A stretch of 64,000 nucleotides of DNA from Vezdaea acicularis (GCA_026025075.1 JAPEUI010000035.1:62001-126000); one strand, 5' to 3'; shown: positions 13,493 through 26,520, counted from the stretch's first letter. Translations and numbers: made by a program. The notes: generated from the letters alone by a model not told the origin.

Positions 13493-14565
13493 CCCCCTGC
13501 CCACCGTCGCTGCTGGACTAGGACTAATGCGGTACTAACATGCTGTACACGCATCCCCACCACGACCCTAAGCCTCCTACCCCCCCCCCTTTCCCTGTTC
13601 CTAACCACCCTCCTCAAATGCCCCAGCCCCTAACACTCTCCACCGTCTCCCCATAACACACCATCTCATCATCCTCTCTGTGACTACGCCACCGGGCCGG
13701 CTGTGAGCACCAAACACCGCGTAGGATAGAGCTGTGGTTACGCGGGTTATGGGTGTAGGTATGTATGCGCTAGAATCCGGGCGGGAAAGGACACCTCCCA
13801 CCCCACCCCACCCCAGCTGCTCCCCCCCCGGTTCTTCGCGCTGTGAGTCTGAGTCTGAGTGGGAAGTGGGTTATGCTTAATGCCTTACGGCCCCCTTTCT
13901 GTCGCGTGGTACGGGTGCGGTGGGGATAGAGGTGGTGGGGGGGTGAGATGGCCTTGCGCTGTTTCGAACCCTGAGCTGACGAACGAGCCTGGAAGGGTGG
14001 TATGGGTGGAGAAGGGGTGAGGATAGGTCGGGTGTGGGGAGGTTGAGGTGGGGTGGGGGTCAGGGGGTTTAGGTCTCTCTCGCGGCTGGGGAAATGGGGA
14101 CTGGGGACTGGGGAGTGGTGGGTGGGGAGTGGGGTGGTACATATACGTGCAGGTTTGGGGTTGGGGGGATTTGGGGGTTATTTACTTAAAGTTTCGGCCT
14201 GAAGTTGCTCGGTTTTGTAATCCGTCTCTGTGCAAGTCTGCAAGTGTGATATAACTTAGAAATAGCGAAAGACCCGTTCGGCGTTATGAACGCAAAGAGG
14301 TGGGTGTTGCATGTGTGGGACTTATTCTCTCCGTCCGTCCCCCTTCGCGGCCATCAATACATATTTCCGTATCGGGTTAGCGCGTTTGTGTGAGGTGCGG
14401 CTCGCGTAAAGTTTCCCTCTCACAGCACACGGGAGGAGAAAGTTTGGAAATTCTTCACACACCAGCTTGCGAGTGAAACGGAAGAGGAATATTCGTGGTT
14501 TCATATCTACCCTAACCAATTGCATATCTGCGCCTCTTCTTTGAGAGGAAGAAAGAGAGGTGACC

Positions 14566-15946
14566 ATGGTGAAAAAGGGCAAGTTGAAGCAGGCGCTGGA
14601 TGCGCAGCGGGGAGTGGATTTTCAGAAGGAACATCAGGCGAAGCTAAGGAAGTTGGCGGAGAAGGCGAAGAAGGCGAAGAAGGCGAGGGTGCTTGAGGAG
14701 AAGGTTGGAGGAGATGTGGGGAAGGTTGGAGGAGCTGGACTGGTGTTTAGAGAGGAGATTGGTGGGGATGAAGATGAGGACGAGGGGGGAATGGGTGTGA
14801 GTATTGCTTCGAAGGGAGGGAGATGCTTGAGGGATGGTGGCTGACAGAGTATAGGCCAAGTTGCCGTTGAGCGATGACGAAGAGGACGATGAGGATGAGG
14901 GCGAGCAGAGTGATAATGAAGGAGAAGATGGGGAAGATTCTTTCGCCGACTCCTTCTCCGACGACGACGACGACCCGATCGAGCTCTCCACCCCCGCTCC
15001 GCCCGTCGCCCTTCTCGAAGACCCCAACGACTCCGATACATCATCCTCCTCCTCCGCCCTCTCCGAAGACGCTGAAGCATCAGAACACTCCTCTGACGCC
15101 GAATCTCAAGCCTCTCTCCCCCTCTCAGCCCTCTCCCCCCAAACCTCAGACACAGACCTAATCCCGCACCAACGCCTAACCATCAACAACCACACCGCAC
15201 TCACCTCGGCCCTAACCCGCATCCGTCTACCCTACGCTACCCTTCCCTTCTCCGCGCACCAATCCCTCACCTCCCCCTCCCCTATCTCCATCCCGGACGC
15301 CTCCGACGACTTGAACCGCGAACTCGCCTTCTACTCCCAAAGCCTTTCCGCCGCCCAACAAGGCCGCCAGAAACTAACTAAAGAAGGCATCCCCTTCACC
15401 CGCCCCCCCGACTACTTCGCCGAGATGGTCAAAAGCGACGCGCACATGACCAGCGTGCGCCAGAAAGTCCGCGACGCGAAGGCGAATCAAGCCGCCGCGG
15501 CCGAGGCGCGTAAACAGCGCGATCTCAAGAAATTCGGGAAGGCGGTACAAGTTGCGAAACTGCAGGAGCGCGCGAAGGAGAGGCGGGAAGGTGGTGAGCG
15601 GGTTAAGGCGCTTAAGCGGAAGAGGCGCGGGGAGGGCGATACTGGGGGGGAGAGGGAGGAAGAGATGTTTGATGTTGGGTTAGAGGAGGAGGTGGGGTCT
15701 CGCGCGCGCAAGGGCGCGAGGGCTGAGTTTGGTGGGAGTAAAGAGGGGAGACAAGGCGGGGCGAAGAGACAGAAGATGGGACGGGAGGGGAAGGATCGCA
15801 AGTTTGGGTTTGGGGGCAAGAAGCGCTTTGCGAAGAGTGGTGATGCGGTTAGTACCGCCGATATGACTGGGTTTAGCGCCAAGAAGATGAAGGGGGGGAC
15901 GAAGAGGGTGGGGAAGAGTCGGAGGAATGCTGGGGGGGGGAGGTAG
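14566..15946 (+). CDS. EBP2: rRNA-processing protein Ebp2 (2 exons)
   Basis: ATG 14566; intron 14797-14854; DDLNRELAFY, RPPDYFAEMVKSDAHM, QRDLKKFGKAVQ and KFGFGGKKRFAKSGD motifs. Confidence 0.95.
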
Positions 15947-16893
15947 GTTTGGGGGGGTGTGATTGTGGATATGGGGGGAGGAAAATGGGGGGGGAATGAC
16001 ATCTTGCGCTCTTGCAAGAACGAACTTCTCTCGTTCCTAGACAGAGTCTCTATACTCCCTTCTCAACACAAACCTTCCTATCTCCCCATCTCCCACACCA
16101 CACAGGCCCACACGCCCCCCCCTCCCCTCTCAGGCATCCATACCATACCCCCTCCCGCCCTTCCTTCCCGCACACCGTATACCATCCCATCCCATCCCAG
16201 CCCAGCCCACCCCATCTCGTGCACGCGCCCCACTCCCCTCCCTAGTAAGAACCTTGTTGAACACATAAGTCCGTACATCCGCCAGTAATCCTAGCGCACA
16301 GGGAGGAGAAATGGGATGTTGAGGAAGGGTAACAGACGAGCTTCGGACTAAGGGGGAAGGGTGTCTCTTGCGCTGACTTAGTGCAGGGTGTATGGGTGGT
16401 TTCGCGTTTGGGGGTTTGTTGGGGGAAAGGGGAAGGGAGTAAAAAGGGGAAGGGAGCAGTGGAGTCTGGGGTCGCAGGTTTGGGGTTTGAGCCAGCTCTT
16501 GTTTTTGGAGGGTGCAGAAGAAGAGGCGTGCCGGGGGGTCTATTCCAGGTCAAGTTTAAGCTATAGGCGGGCCTCGGGTCTGTACGAGGTTGAAACAGAG
16601 AACGAAGGTCACGGTGGACTTCATAGTGATGATAGAGTCATAGAGACGTAGTGGGCTGGTACTCAAGGGTTTGGTATTGGATCTAGATATCTATATAAGT
16701 CGGTCAGGCTATGGGGGTATCCAACAGGCCTCCATAGCTTCAGGAGGAAGGAAGCGGGTCTAAGTCTAGTCGATACCAAGCATTTGGTGAGAGCACCGCT
16801 ACTAGCGTCTGCGCAGCCTGCTCATCTACCCCCTGGTTTTCCGGCAGAGGGATATGTCCCACTGGCAGTCTTTCCACCTTTCTCCTTGCCTTA

Positions 16894-19802
16894 CTAAGCG
16901 TTCTCTGCATTCGCCTGGTCCTCGACGTTCTTCATATTTCTGAACCGAGCCGGATTCAGCACAAGTTTGACCAGGCACACCGGCCGGCCATTGCCCCCAG
17001 TCGATTCTGGTGGTAGGTAATTTTGTGGCGTATGTTTGTTGGTGATGTCTGTAGTATCAGTCCTAGCTATGTGCGTGCTGCTTGAGCTGGTTTCTTCCTG
17101 GGCCGCTGTTGGCTCCGGCGAGGCAGTTTCGCAAAGTGGCTGTGTATGGTCCTCGGGAGCTTCCACCTCAGCAATTCCTTCTTGCTTCCCCAGAGGCGAT
17201 TTGGTTGCGTCTCCAGCTTTTCCCTCCTCGTCAATAGGCAGAGGAGTCTTTATTGCCTGGTTGGCAGGCTCCCCCTGCTTCTCAACGCCTTCCTGCACCT
17301 TCCCCCCCTCGATAATAGGCCGAGGACTACTTATCACCTGGTTGGCAGGCTCCCCTTGCTTTTCATCGTCTTCCTTTGCCTGGGCAACCTCCATATGTTC
17401 TCTAGCCTCTAGCTGTGGACTGGCTTCTTCAGCTTTGACTATGCCTTCTCGAGCTGTCTCCGCAGCCGACAGAGAGGCTCTAGCCTGCCTTTCTTTAATG
17501 TGATCTGTCACAAACTGACTGAGCTGGATTTGATATCCAACTTCCGCAATGGCGTTCTCCAGAGCCAGTAGCATCGCCGTCATTATGCCTTCATAACCTT
17601 CGTCCTTTTGGATCCGTCCTCTGGCCAACAACGCCATCTTTCGCGTTTCCTCTCGACGGTCCTCCTGTCGCGTCTCTTGACGCTCACGCTCGGCGTGTTG
17701 CTCGTAGTGAGCTTTGATGCCGTGGAGCAAGGAGCGTGCTTTGTCACCGGGGTTCGCGGCGCCAATCGCGGGACGGACAAGGTGGGAGCACCCCACGACG
17801 CGGCATTCCCAAGAGCCCGTCGCTGGGTTCGGGTCTAGCATGAGAAGGCTAGAGAGCGATTGGGACGGGCGGTCGCTGGGCCGAACCTCGGAAAGAAATT
17901 GGATAGCTGGAGGTATGGGCATGGTTTGGATGAGTTGAACTTTCTTGCGAGGGGGTTGTTGAGGAGATTGGTGGGTAGTCTGTGATGAATGGTCTTGAGC
18001 TTGGGTAGTCGGCGGAGTAGAGGAGCTGGGTGCTACCAGCGAGTTCTTCGATTGTGAGTATGCTGAGGATGGTGATGTAGACCTGCTCATGCTTTTGCGT
18101 CTCCGACGAATTGTTATCGGGGTCAATGGAGTCAATTGGAAAGCACGAGCTGTTAGCTCCCCACTAAGGGGCTGATTCGAAGGCAAATGAGATTCCTTAG
18201 AGAAGGGGGATGTCTCCGATGGTGTCTCCTCGATCGACCGCTTTCGATGGCTGCGCTCCGACGAATTGTTCTGTGAAGGCGCAAGGTTGCAGTCCGAACC
18301 AACACTAGACCCTTCATTGGTAGGCAAATGCGGGTCGTTAGAAACCATTGGGTCATCGGCAACTTGCGATAACGCGAAGGTGTTATCAGCAAGAAGCGTG
18401 CCCCCTAACAAATCCTCTACGTCTGACGGTGGGCCCTCCATCGGAGATCTTCTTGTTGGAGCAGAACTTGTTTGACTGAAAGAGGCCGGAGATGCTCTAA
18501 ATTGGCCTGTCAGGCTCTCTTTTTGTCGTTGAAACGAACTCATCGACTTTTGTGAAGTAGACTTGCTTTTTCTGTTGCTAAGCTGGTATGGGGCGGCACC
18601 ACGTCCCAGCGAGGAATTAACAGAGCGGTGGGATGTTTCGTGGTGTTGGGGAAGAGAATTGCCTTTTGGCGCCCTCTTTATCAAGCTTTTCGGCTTTAAC
18701 ACGGGTGTGTTAGGTGTCAGGCGTTGTCCATTTTGCTTCGAGCGCTTCAAGTCTACGTAAGAGGGCTAATTAGACACGTCTCTAATATTAGAGTCAGGTT
18801 GGCTAGACTTACTCCCGCTTCCAGGGTGAGCTTTTCCGCCATCTACCTTCGCCTTCTTGGCTTTTGGTAGGGGAGCAGTCTCGACAGAGGGTAGCGCAAG
18901 TTTAGTTGAGCCTACCGGGGGGGTAGATTGTAGCAAAACTTTTGCTTCAATCGCAAAGACTTTGTTCTTGATGACTTTCAGCTTCATGCATCATACGTGA
19001 AAGATATGCAATACACACCGAGAACTCGCTCCTTAGCCAGTACCATATACATTGTTCCGTCCATCGAATGCTATCCCACCGCGAACCACGGTGTTTGAGC
19101 ATATTCATCATGAGGAACGAATGATGCTTGCGTACGAGGTCCGCTGGAGAGAGTGCCGACACCATCTTCACTCGAATCTGTCCTTTGATTAGCTCACCGG
19201 AAGATTCGCGACAAGATCATAGGGTTATTTTACTTCCGCAACTACGTCTTGCCAAGTTATCCGACCACCTGATCTTTTCCGTTTCCGGCTACCCGTCTCT
19301 TGGTGACTGACATGCATATCTTGGATTAGCCACCAAAGCTGTACAGCTTCCAATTGGCGTACGTGGATAGCTGCGTATTCTTTCGATGGAGTTTGTAAAT
19401 AGAACCAGCCCGCGGTTCCTGCTGCCCAGACGTTTGCTGGAGTCCCAGCCCCATGAGAAAACTGTAAGACTCCTTTGATGAGTATTTTCTTGGATTGGTA
19501 GTCCTTCGCTCTGACTTTGTCAGGGGCACCAAATTATCAGCAAGAGTAATACCCACTAAAAGTCTCACTTGCTTACCGCGGCTAAGATATTCCTCCTCAA
19601 CCTCTTCCAAGACTCCAGTGACATCAACTGGGCAGCCAACACCAGCCTCAAGTATGCTTATTCTCTCAGCATCACTACCGGCCAGCCGGACATCAAAGTC
19701 GTTAAGGGTATATTCGGGCCAGTTCTCGTCATTTAAGGCTTCCTTTGCGCTCAACCCAAATTCCTTCTTCTCCAAGGCAAGAGCTTCATCGAGGAACTCC
19801 AT
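16894..19802 (-). CDS. RFTS (DNMT1-RFD)-domain + C2H2 zinc-finger protein, Raf2/DIM-7-like; about 892 aa, 5 exons
   Basis: Exons 19802-19577, 19514-19234, 19177-19019, 18966-18813 and 18752-16894 splice in frame (2679 nt). N-terminus DENWPEYTLNDFDV...VDVTGVLEEV...KKILIKGVLQFSHG...VWAAGTAGWFYLQTPSKEY; later WECRVVGC...HYEQH. Confidence 0.7.
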
Positions 19803-20297
19803 TCTAACGTGCGCTGTAAGTTGGAGATTTGATGAGAGTAGGATAATGATGATAAGCAGAAAGTGTTAGAACACATCATGGGCAGATGGCTCAATGCCCA
19901 AGTAGGTTGTAGTGATTGTTGCGACTTCAACAGAACCCCGTGGAGGTTCGCGTCGGAAGCGTACAGTAACTTAGCAGGGATCATCTCAAACAATTTCTCC
20001 GATTGGCGGGTGACGCGACAAGCGATAGCATTATGCTGCACGCTACCCTGATATAGTCAAATAGGCGAAACAACTAGAAAGTTTCCACGGAACCGAACGA
20101 CAAGAATGCCATTGTCGTTGAATAGCGTCCCATTATCAGTGAGCATGTTCCGATAGCGCATACTCCAATGGGAACCGTCTCTATTGCTTTCCCATCCTCG
20201 TTACCAATTTAGCGAAATTATCTTGAAGTGTACGCTCACTGCACATCAATGCTCGAGAAAGCGTCAGATGTACAGAAACATAATCGCGCCCTCAATC

Positions 20298-21665
20298 ATG
20301 AGTGACCAGAAGCTAATGGAAGGCATATTAGGTAACTTCGGCCCTTTATAGCTGTCGAAGCTCTTGCTAACGATTTCCACAGCTGTTGCCAAGCCAAAAG
20401 ATATCTCGTCTGCCGAAGTTCTCCGCCGACTCCAAACTGTTTTTGAACCTTCCGCCGTTTTCGCGCCATTGTTGGACTCGGAACGTGCTAAGCGTGCGAA
20501 GGAGAATAAAACCCAACGCCGGAGGCGCAAGGTGAAGCATGTCAAGCTGAAAATCGGCCATGGTGGTACTCTTGATCCACTAGCAACCGGGGTCTTAATC
20601 ACAGGAATTGGTAGTGGCACAAAAAAGCTGACAGGATTCCTTGAATGCACGAAAGAATATGAGGCTATCGTACACTTCGGGGTTGCGACTGATACATATG
20701 ATCGTTATGGTAAGATCGTAGGTCGAGCACCTTACGATCACATCACAAAGGAGAAAGTCGAGAAAGCACTATTGCAGTTTCGAGGCAATATCATGCAGAT
20801 GCCGCCAATCTACTCAGCGCTCAAGGTGAACGGCAAGCCAATGTACCATTACGCAAGAGAAGGTCTCCCTCTACCTGTGGAACTAAAGCATAGACCAGTA
20901 GAGGTGAAGGAGCTAGACTTGATAGAGTGGTTCGAGCCGGGCTCTCACGGCTACAGATGGCCAGCGGAAGAAGCAGAGAAAGAAGCCGTGGGTATTGCCG
21001 CGAAGGTCTTCCGATTATCAGCAGTGCAGCGGAGCGACGAGCTGTCAGACGAAACTAAGGTCAACGTTTTAGAAGATGGGATAAGGGCCGATAGCAAGCT
21101 TGAGAGTGCATTCAACTCAGGGATAGACGAGGCAATCAAAGATGAATCTACGCCAAAAGATATTCCTACCTCTCAAGTGGAGGATGGGACACTACAAAAT
21201 CTTGAGGAGCCTAAAGTACCATCGAAGTCAATAGGCACCAAGAGGACAGCAAGCGATGTGGAAAATGTCAAAGAGCTAAAAGGTGGGGAGATTAAGAAGC
21301 TCAAACTTATCGAAGGAGATGTATCTAAGTCTGCATGGGGGGCATCATCAGATGACAAACCATCCACCCTACTTTCACCTACAGAGCCTCAAGACGATGG
21401 GTCTCGGGCGCCAGTAGCTAAACTACGCATGACCGTAACGTCTGGATTTTATGTTCGATCTCTCTGCCAAGATCTTGGTGTAGCATTAGGCTCACTTGGG
21501 ATTATGAGCGAACTGGCGAGGACACGCCAAGGCGATTTTGAACTTGGCAAGAACGTGCTAGACTTCACCGAGACAATGAAGAACGAAGAGAGTGTATGGG
21601 GGCCGAAAGTCGAGGAACTAATGTCGAGGTGGGGACAAGACAAAGGCATCGAAAAGATTGAATGA
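20298..21665 (+). CDS. PUS4: tRNA pseudouridine-55 synthase (TruB/Pus4)
   Basis: ATG 20298, intron 20332-20382; KIGHGGTLDPLATGVL, QMPPIYSALKVNGKPMY and VTSGFYVRSLCQDLG motifs. Confidence 0.95.
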
Positions 21666-22349
21666 AACAATAGCGTTCATGCCTAAGATCGAATTGTCTT
21701 CTCAAACAAGGAATAGAAATATTCTCAAACATAGTGTAACGCGAAGGATTAACACGATCAGCTTGTAGTGATGATGGGTGTGCTGATTCAGAGTCGATCA
21801 AGAGCTTTGAGATTGCATTAATGAGCCTTCAGATCTAGTTGCCTGCGATCAAGGTAGATATCTTATTTGGCGGCCCCGCCACTGCACGCATCCAGCCAAG
21901 GTCTGCTTGCTCACCTATCGCACAGCTTCCATCCACTGCCAGTTTCAGTCTGCATCTGACAAAGAAAAGGGGATACGTTCCACGGCACCATTGCACTCTC
22001 TCTCGATCCAAAGTGTTCTTGCTTGATCGAATGTCCAGCCTCACCAAAACATGGCTGCTAAAGATTTGCGGATTTGTTGCGCGACTCTGCTAGATGGCTT
22101 TGATCGCACGTCTGCAAACAGTGGGCTAGCTCTCATTCAACGATCTATTCTTTGGTATACCTTGTCTACAACCCAAGTCCATTGGAGATTTGTTCAGAAT
22201 CAACCCACCTTTCTTCTGGTAATGTTTTTAGATCTCCAGCTTAGTTCATCTGAACATAGCATCGACTGGACATAAATTGTCTCAGTCTGCAAGGTACAAA
22301 AATGCGTTGGCCCGGCCCTTGTCAGGGATGTTGTCCAAAGCAAATTGCA

Positions 22350-22577
22350 ATGAGTATGCCTCAGTCACTCTTTTTCGAAGATGAATACCAATTTATCGCC
22401 ATTCTTCGGGCTACTGGCACCCTTAGTTGGCCAGCACTTGCGAGGTCTTTCACTAAAAAGTTTTGCAAGCGATCTGCGTTGCGCTGGACGGCACGCTCCT
22501 TGCGGAGGGCTTATGAAAAGCAGAAAGACTTCTATTCTCAGTTAGGCCTTTCGGCTCAAAGCTACGTCTGGGTCTAG
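22350..22577 (+). CDS. Small hypothetical protein with Myb/SANT-like helix-turn-helix pattern
   Basis: 75-aa ORF FFEDEYQFIAILRA..LSWPALARSFTKKF..WTARSLRRAY; pattern resemblance only. Confidence 0.3.
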   Translation: MSMPQSLFFEDEYQFIAILRATGTLSWPALARSFTKKFCKRSALRWTARSLRRAYEKQKDFYSQLGLSAQSYVWV

Positions 22578-23965
22578 CGCCACCTGAACAAAGACCAAGA
22601 TTGGGAGAGCATTGAGGGTCTCTTCAATGCTAAATATGGGTTGGCTAACGGACAATACTGGACTTGGGAGGAGATACGTCGTGCTTTCCTTTCAAACAGG
22701 ACAAAGCGCTACTTCCTCCTTATTTCTACTTGCTACGCGCACTTCTGAAAACATCATCTCAAGAAATATTACTTCTTTGATTCCCTTGGCGAACATCATC
22801 ACGAACGCACCATCTTCAATTAATCCCTTGTTTAGTAAAAAACAATAGCATTTCATTGCCTTCAAACTCATACCCGATTTACCCTACTTGAATTATGCTC
22901 CTCACTTAAGTAGCCTCTATTTTCAGCTGGCAATTTGCAACTATGTTTTTCAATGGAACCTAAGCTTACTTAACAGTTAGGGACGAAGACTTCCGCTATG
23001 TCCTTGCCTCTCACAGACTTGGTCAGCCTAGCTGGTCCGAATCAGCGATGCACATTTTGATTAGAGGTCTCCCTCTACACGGCACTCCACTGCATTTTCC
23101 AAGGCCTTTAAAAGTTTTGTACTCCCCTATTTTCTAATAACTGGGCAGTATAATTGGCTGCGAATCTACAAGGCAAATGCCCGTCGCTGGGATGTTTGGC
23201 CTACGGTTTGATCCCGATTCAATCACAATCTATAGCCCTCAGGTGAAGGACCTTGGGCGTGGATGGAGGCCGAGGATGGGTATAGGAGACACGGAAATTA
23301 CCTGGAAAATGAGATCCTTGCGCAGCAGGCAGTGGGCAATTCCTCAGCTTACCGATGAAGTGTTTCTCTCCCACAAGTCTGAAACACCTATATATCTCTC
23401 TAACTCCTTTCGGTCTTCTCATCATGTTAAGCTTCTTCGCCTATTCTTTTACTGCATATCAGAAGTCTCATGGATGCCAGTGCGAGCGCTACGGATTAGC
23501 AATTAGTGGTCTTGACTGAGAAGAGAGGCTAGGATCATCACACATTTAGCCCAAAATCAAGCTAAGGAGGTTTTCCAAAAGAATCTATAGAATCTGTCGT
23601 AAAGACACTTGAAGCTTGTATGATTGAGCCGCAAAAACAAGTTATCTATACAAAGCCCACCGTATTCATCAACAGCTTCCTGGAATTGCCAGCCCCTTTT
23701 TGGCGTGACCCGTAGCGACGTTATTACAAGATCGACCCCCAGGTTGCCATGAATATACACTGCTTTGGTGCCTTGTGTGTCAAGAAAGAGTATCCCTTTC
23801 TGCCTATATGCCTACCTCAATCTGTATCTTATCGCAAGATATTCCTGATTGCCTCGTCCCTCTTCTCGTGTCGGCCAGCTCTCTTCCTTGGCAAATTGTT
23901 AAGGGGGGAACTAAATAGGAGGAGATATAACTGTCATGGATGGATGTAGGCCGCTGGAGACTTTT

Positions 23966-24013
23966 CAGGTTGTCCCCCGGGTTGTCTTTTGGATTGTCTT
24001 TCGGGTTGGCTTT
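23966..24013. repeat. Four degenerate 12-bp tandem units (consensus CGGGTTGTCTTT)
   Basis: CAGGTTGTCCCC / CGGGTTGTCTTT / TGGATTGTCTTT / CGGGTTGGCTTT. Confidence 0.7.
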
Positions 24014-24498
24014 AGGTTCCCTTAACAGGCATGCATTCGCAGAATGTGACTGGATTGATGAGTCAATTTTGTAGCAGTCGTAGTTAGATTACTGACAATA
24101 CCTACCAGGATAGGGGATATCCACGTTGGCGCTTCTCCCTTTCAGTCAAAGGGCCCTTTTCCTTATACTCCAATTTCGGACCCCTTACCTTTTCAGCTAG
24201 CCTGCTGGTTTGTCTCTGCCATTCTTCACCCAACCTCAAGGCCTTCTTGCCTTCTTATCGAGGCGAGTCTCCTCTGTTTGCTCCCGTGCCTTGTGGTTCC
24301 TCTCAGCGTTGATAGATGCAGAGTCGAAATTCGAGTAATTGACACCTAATCGTTCCGTGGACTCTGCGATCTTGCAATTGATGCAAGAGCTTATGAGTTG
24401 TACTCTTGATGTATTCTTGCAAGTGCACTGTGTGTTTATGTAACAAGGGGTGTTTTGCTCATGATTGCTCCAGCGCAATGCGGACCTCACATGTGCCT

Positions 24499-25946
24499 TC
24501 ATGTAAACCCCCCCTGGTCCCGCTCAGCCACAAGACTAGTTTGCGCGCTAACTTCTTGTTCTTGCTCAGCTTTGTCCTCATAATTCAAGAAAATGAATGA
24601 GAGAAACACAGTGACTGCGCCAACCCAATACGCCGCACTCGAGTATTGCGCATCCAGCACCATCTGGCCGACCAGCGACAGTGGGATTGTTAAGCTAAGG
24701 CCAACTGTGACTACAAGTGGCGAGAGCAGGAGTACTGCGTACGCCCAGCAGAAATCTGATACAAGTGACGTAGCTGAATTGATTAGAATGACTCCCCAGA
24801 CCCAGCTCGTCGTGGGTAAGCTGAGCCTCTCCACATGAGCGAAATGTAGGATAATAAAACCTGGCCATAACAAGACGAGGTTAAAGAGCCCCACCAAGCC
24901 AAAGAAGAGCGGCATGTTGACCCTACTCTCATCGCCTACACGTTTCTTCATGAGTGTGATGTAGACACCATAAAATATTGCACTGATCAATGCCAAGACG
25001 TCACCGATAGCAATCTGACGCTGAGATTTGTGGGGAAACTCGCCACGATTTTCATCATTGTCGCCAGAAACATCGACACTTGAGATAAGGATTATACCCG
25101 CCATACATGCGAGGACGCCGATAAGCTTTTTGGCGGTAAATTTCTCAACTTTGACAAGAGAGCCGAAGAGGAGAGTCCATATGCTACTTGTTGATGTGAG
25201 AATTGTAGCACTTGCAACAGCCGTATACTGAAGACACGCCACCGAGAAGTAGTTGGCAGCAAACCATAGCATGCAAAATTCGAGGCTCAACTTGGCCGTT
25301 TCCCGCGGACTGAGCCGCTCGCCCTTGCCAACGTAACTATCAGCAGGAACGCTGCGACTATCCAAGCCAGTCGGCACAAGGGGGTCTTGCTGATGCGTTT
25401 CATCCTCTGTGTCCACTGCTGGATCGTCGTCTGCTTTTCCAACTATGTGATCCCCAGCGGAAACCGGCATATACGTGGTAGATCGAGGTCCAGAACCTGT
25501 CCAATACTTGCTCAAGCCCTCTCTTGTCACACCAGACCATCCCTCGTCGTGCATGTGCTTTATAAGCATAGGTATCAGTGGTAGGGCGAAGAATGATGTA
25601 TTGATATAGGTGAGAAAGAAGGGTTTCGAGTATGTGTTATCGGCGAATATGCCCTTAATTCATTAATAAAAACCATCAGCAGTTGCGCTTCACCACTTAC
25701 ACTCGCTAGGAAGTTTGAAGCCGTCCAAAAGAAGACTGTCGTCAGAAGTAGAATGATGCCCACAGTGCGCCTGACCGTTGCTGGTAGTTTCCCAATGACG
25801 GCTGAGTTTGCCAAAGGAGTTTCGTCTCCGCTTTGGGAAGACTCAGTCGATCTTCTCATTTCCATCGAGTGATCCCTTCGAGGATCCAAAGCTACCCCAA
25901 AGTCCTCTGCTAGTACCGGTGGAACCTGTGGTTCATGAGCGCTCAT
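24499..25946 (-). CDS. DMT/EamA-superfamily membrane transporter, SLC35F5/Thi74/YML018C-like
   Basis: ATG 25946, intron 25700-25654; YSKPFFLTYINTS, ETAKLSLEFCMLWFAANY, GDVLALISAIFYGVY and SPLVVTVGLSLTIPLS motifs; about 10 hydrophobic segments. Confidence 0.9.
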
Positions 25947-26520
25947 GATGAAGGCGCAAGGGAAGCTTGCTCGTCGCAATAAAGGCCAAAAGAGCTGAAC
26001 TCGACATATGCGGATATGTGACAGAACGATTTTTTTTCCTTCTCATGAGGGCTTGAGCATCTATCAACAGTGCGTAAGCTGAAGATATAAATCTGACGTT
26101 TCAATCTCGGTCATGGCGGATTGCCGAAAGGATTCTTGCGGAGCGAATCAATCTCCGGTCTTGAAGGTTCACATGTGAATATGAATTCCTGCAGCTTGCT
26201 CCCTCTTTATACTTTCATATAATTTTAAGATCAATAAGTTTTGAGTTTAGGACTTAACTATTCAGAAGTTCTAAAAGGGATAAATCTGTGCCGCCCGAAG
26301 GACTCTGAATAACGTGCTGAGCCACGAAACTGACGATTGAACACCCTGCTTCAGGAACTTCTCAGCTTTACAACGCACACCTTTAGCTTAAGCTACACTG
26401 TTCTGAAGGGCGCAAATTAGATGATGTGTATCACAGCAAATACTGGCGCACTCAATACGACTTGTAGAGTTCCTTCTCCGGCGCGGTCAGCTACCTGCTT
26501 CTGCGCTGGCTCTCGTTACC

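Noticed and set aside
12415..14500. Possible telomerase RNA or other structured ncRNA in the 2.1-kb gap, and the 254-aa/224-aa ORFs
   Set aside because: I found no TAACCCTAA-type template and no RNase P/MRP, SRP or snRNA signatures; the ORFs are low-complexity UTR sequence.
23557..24502. Frameshifted multi-exon pseudogene on the minus strand
   Set aside because: I could not join the frames with consistent splice phases, and recognised no homology.
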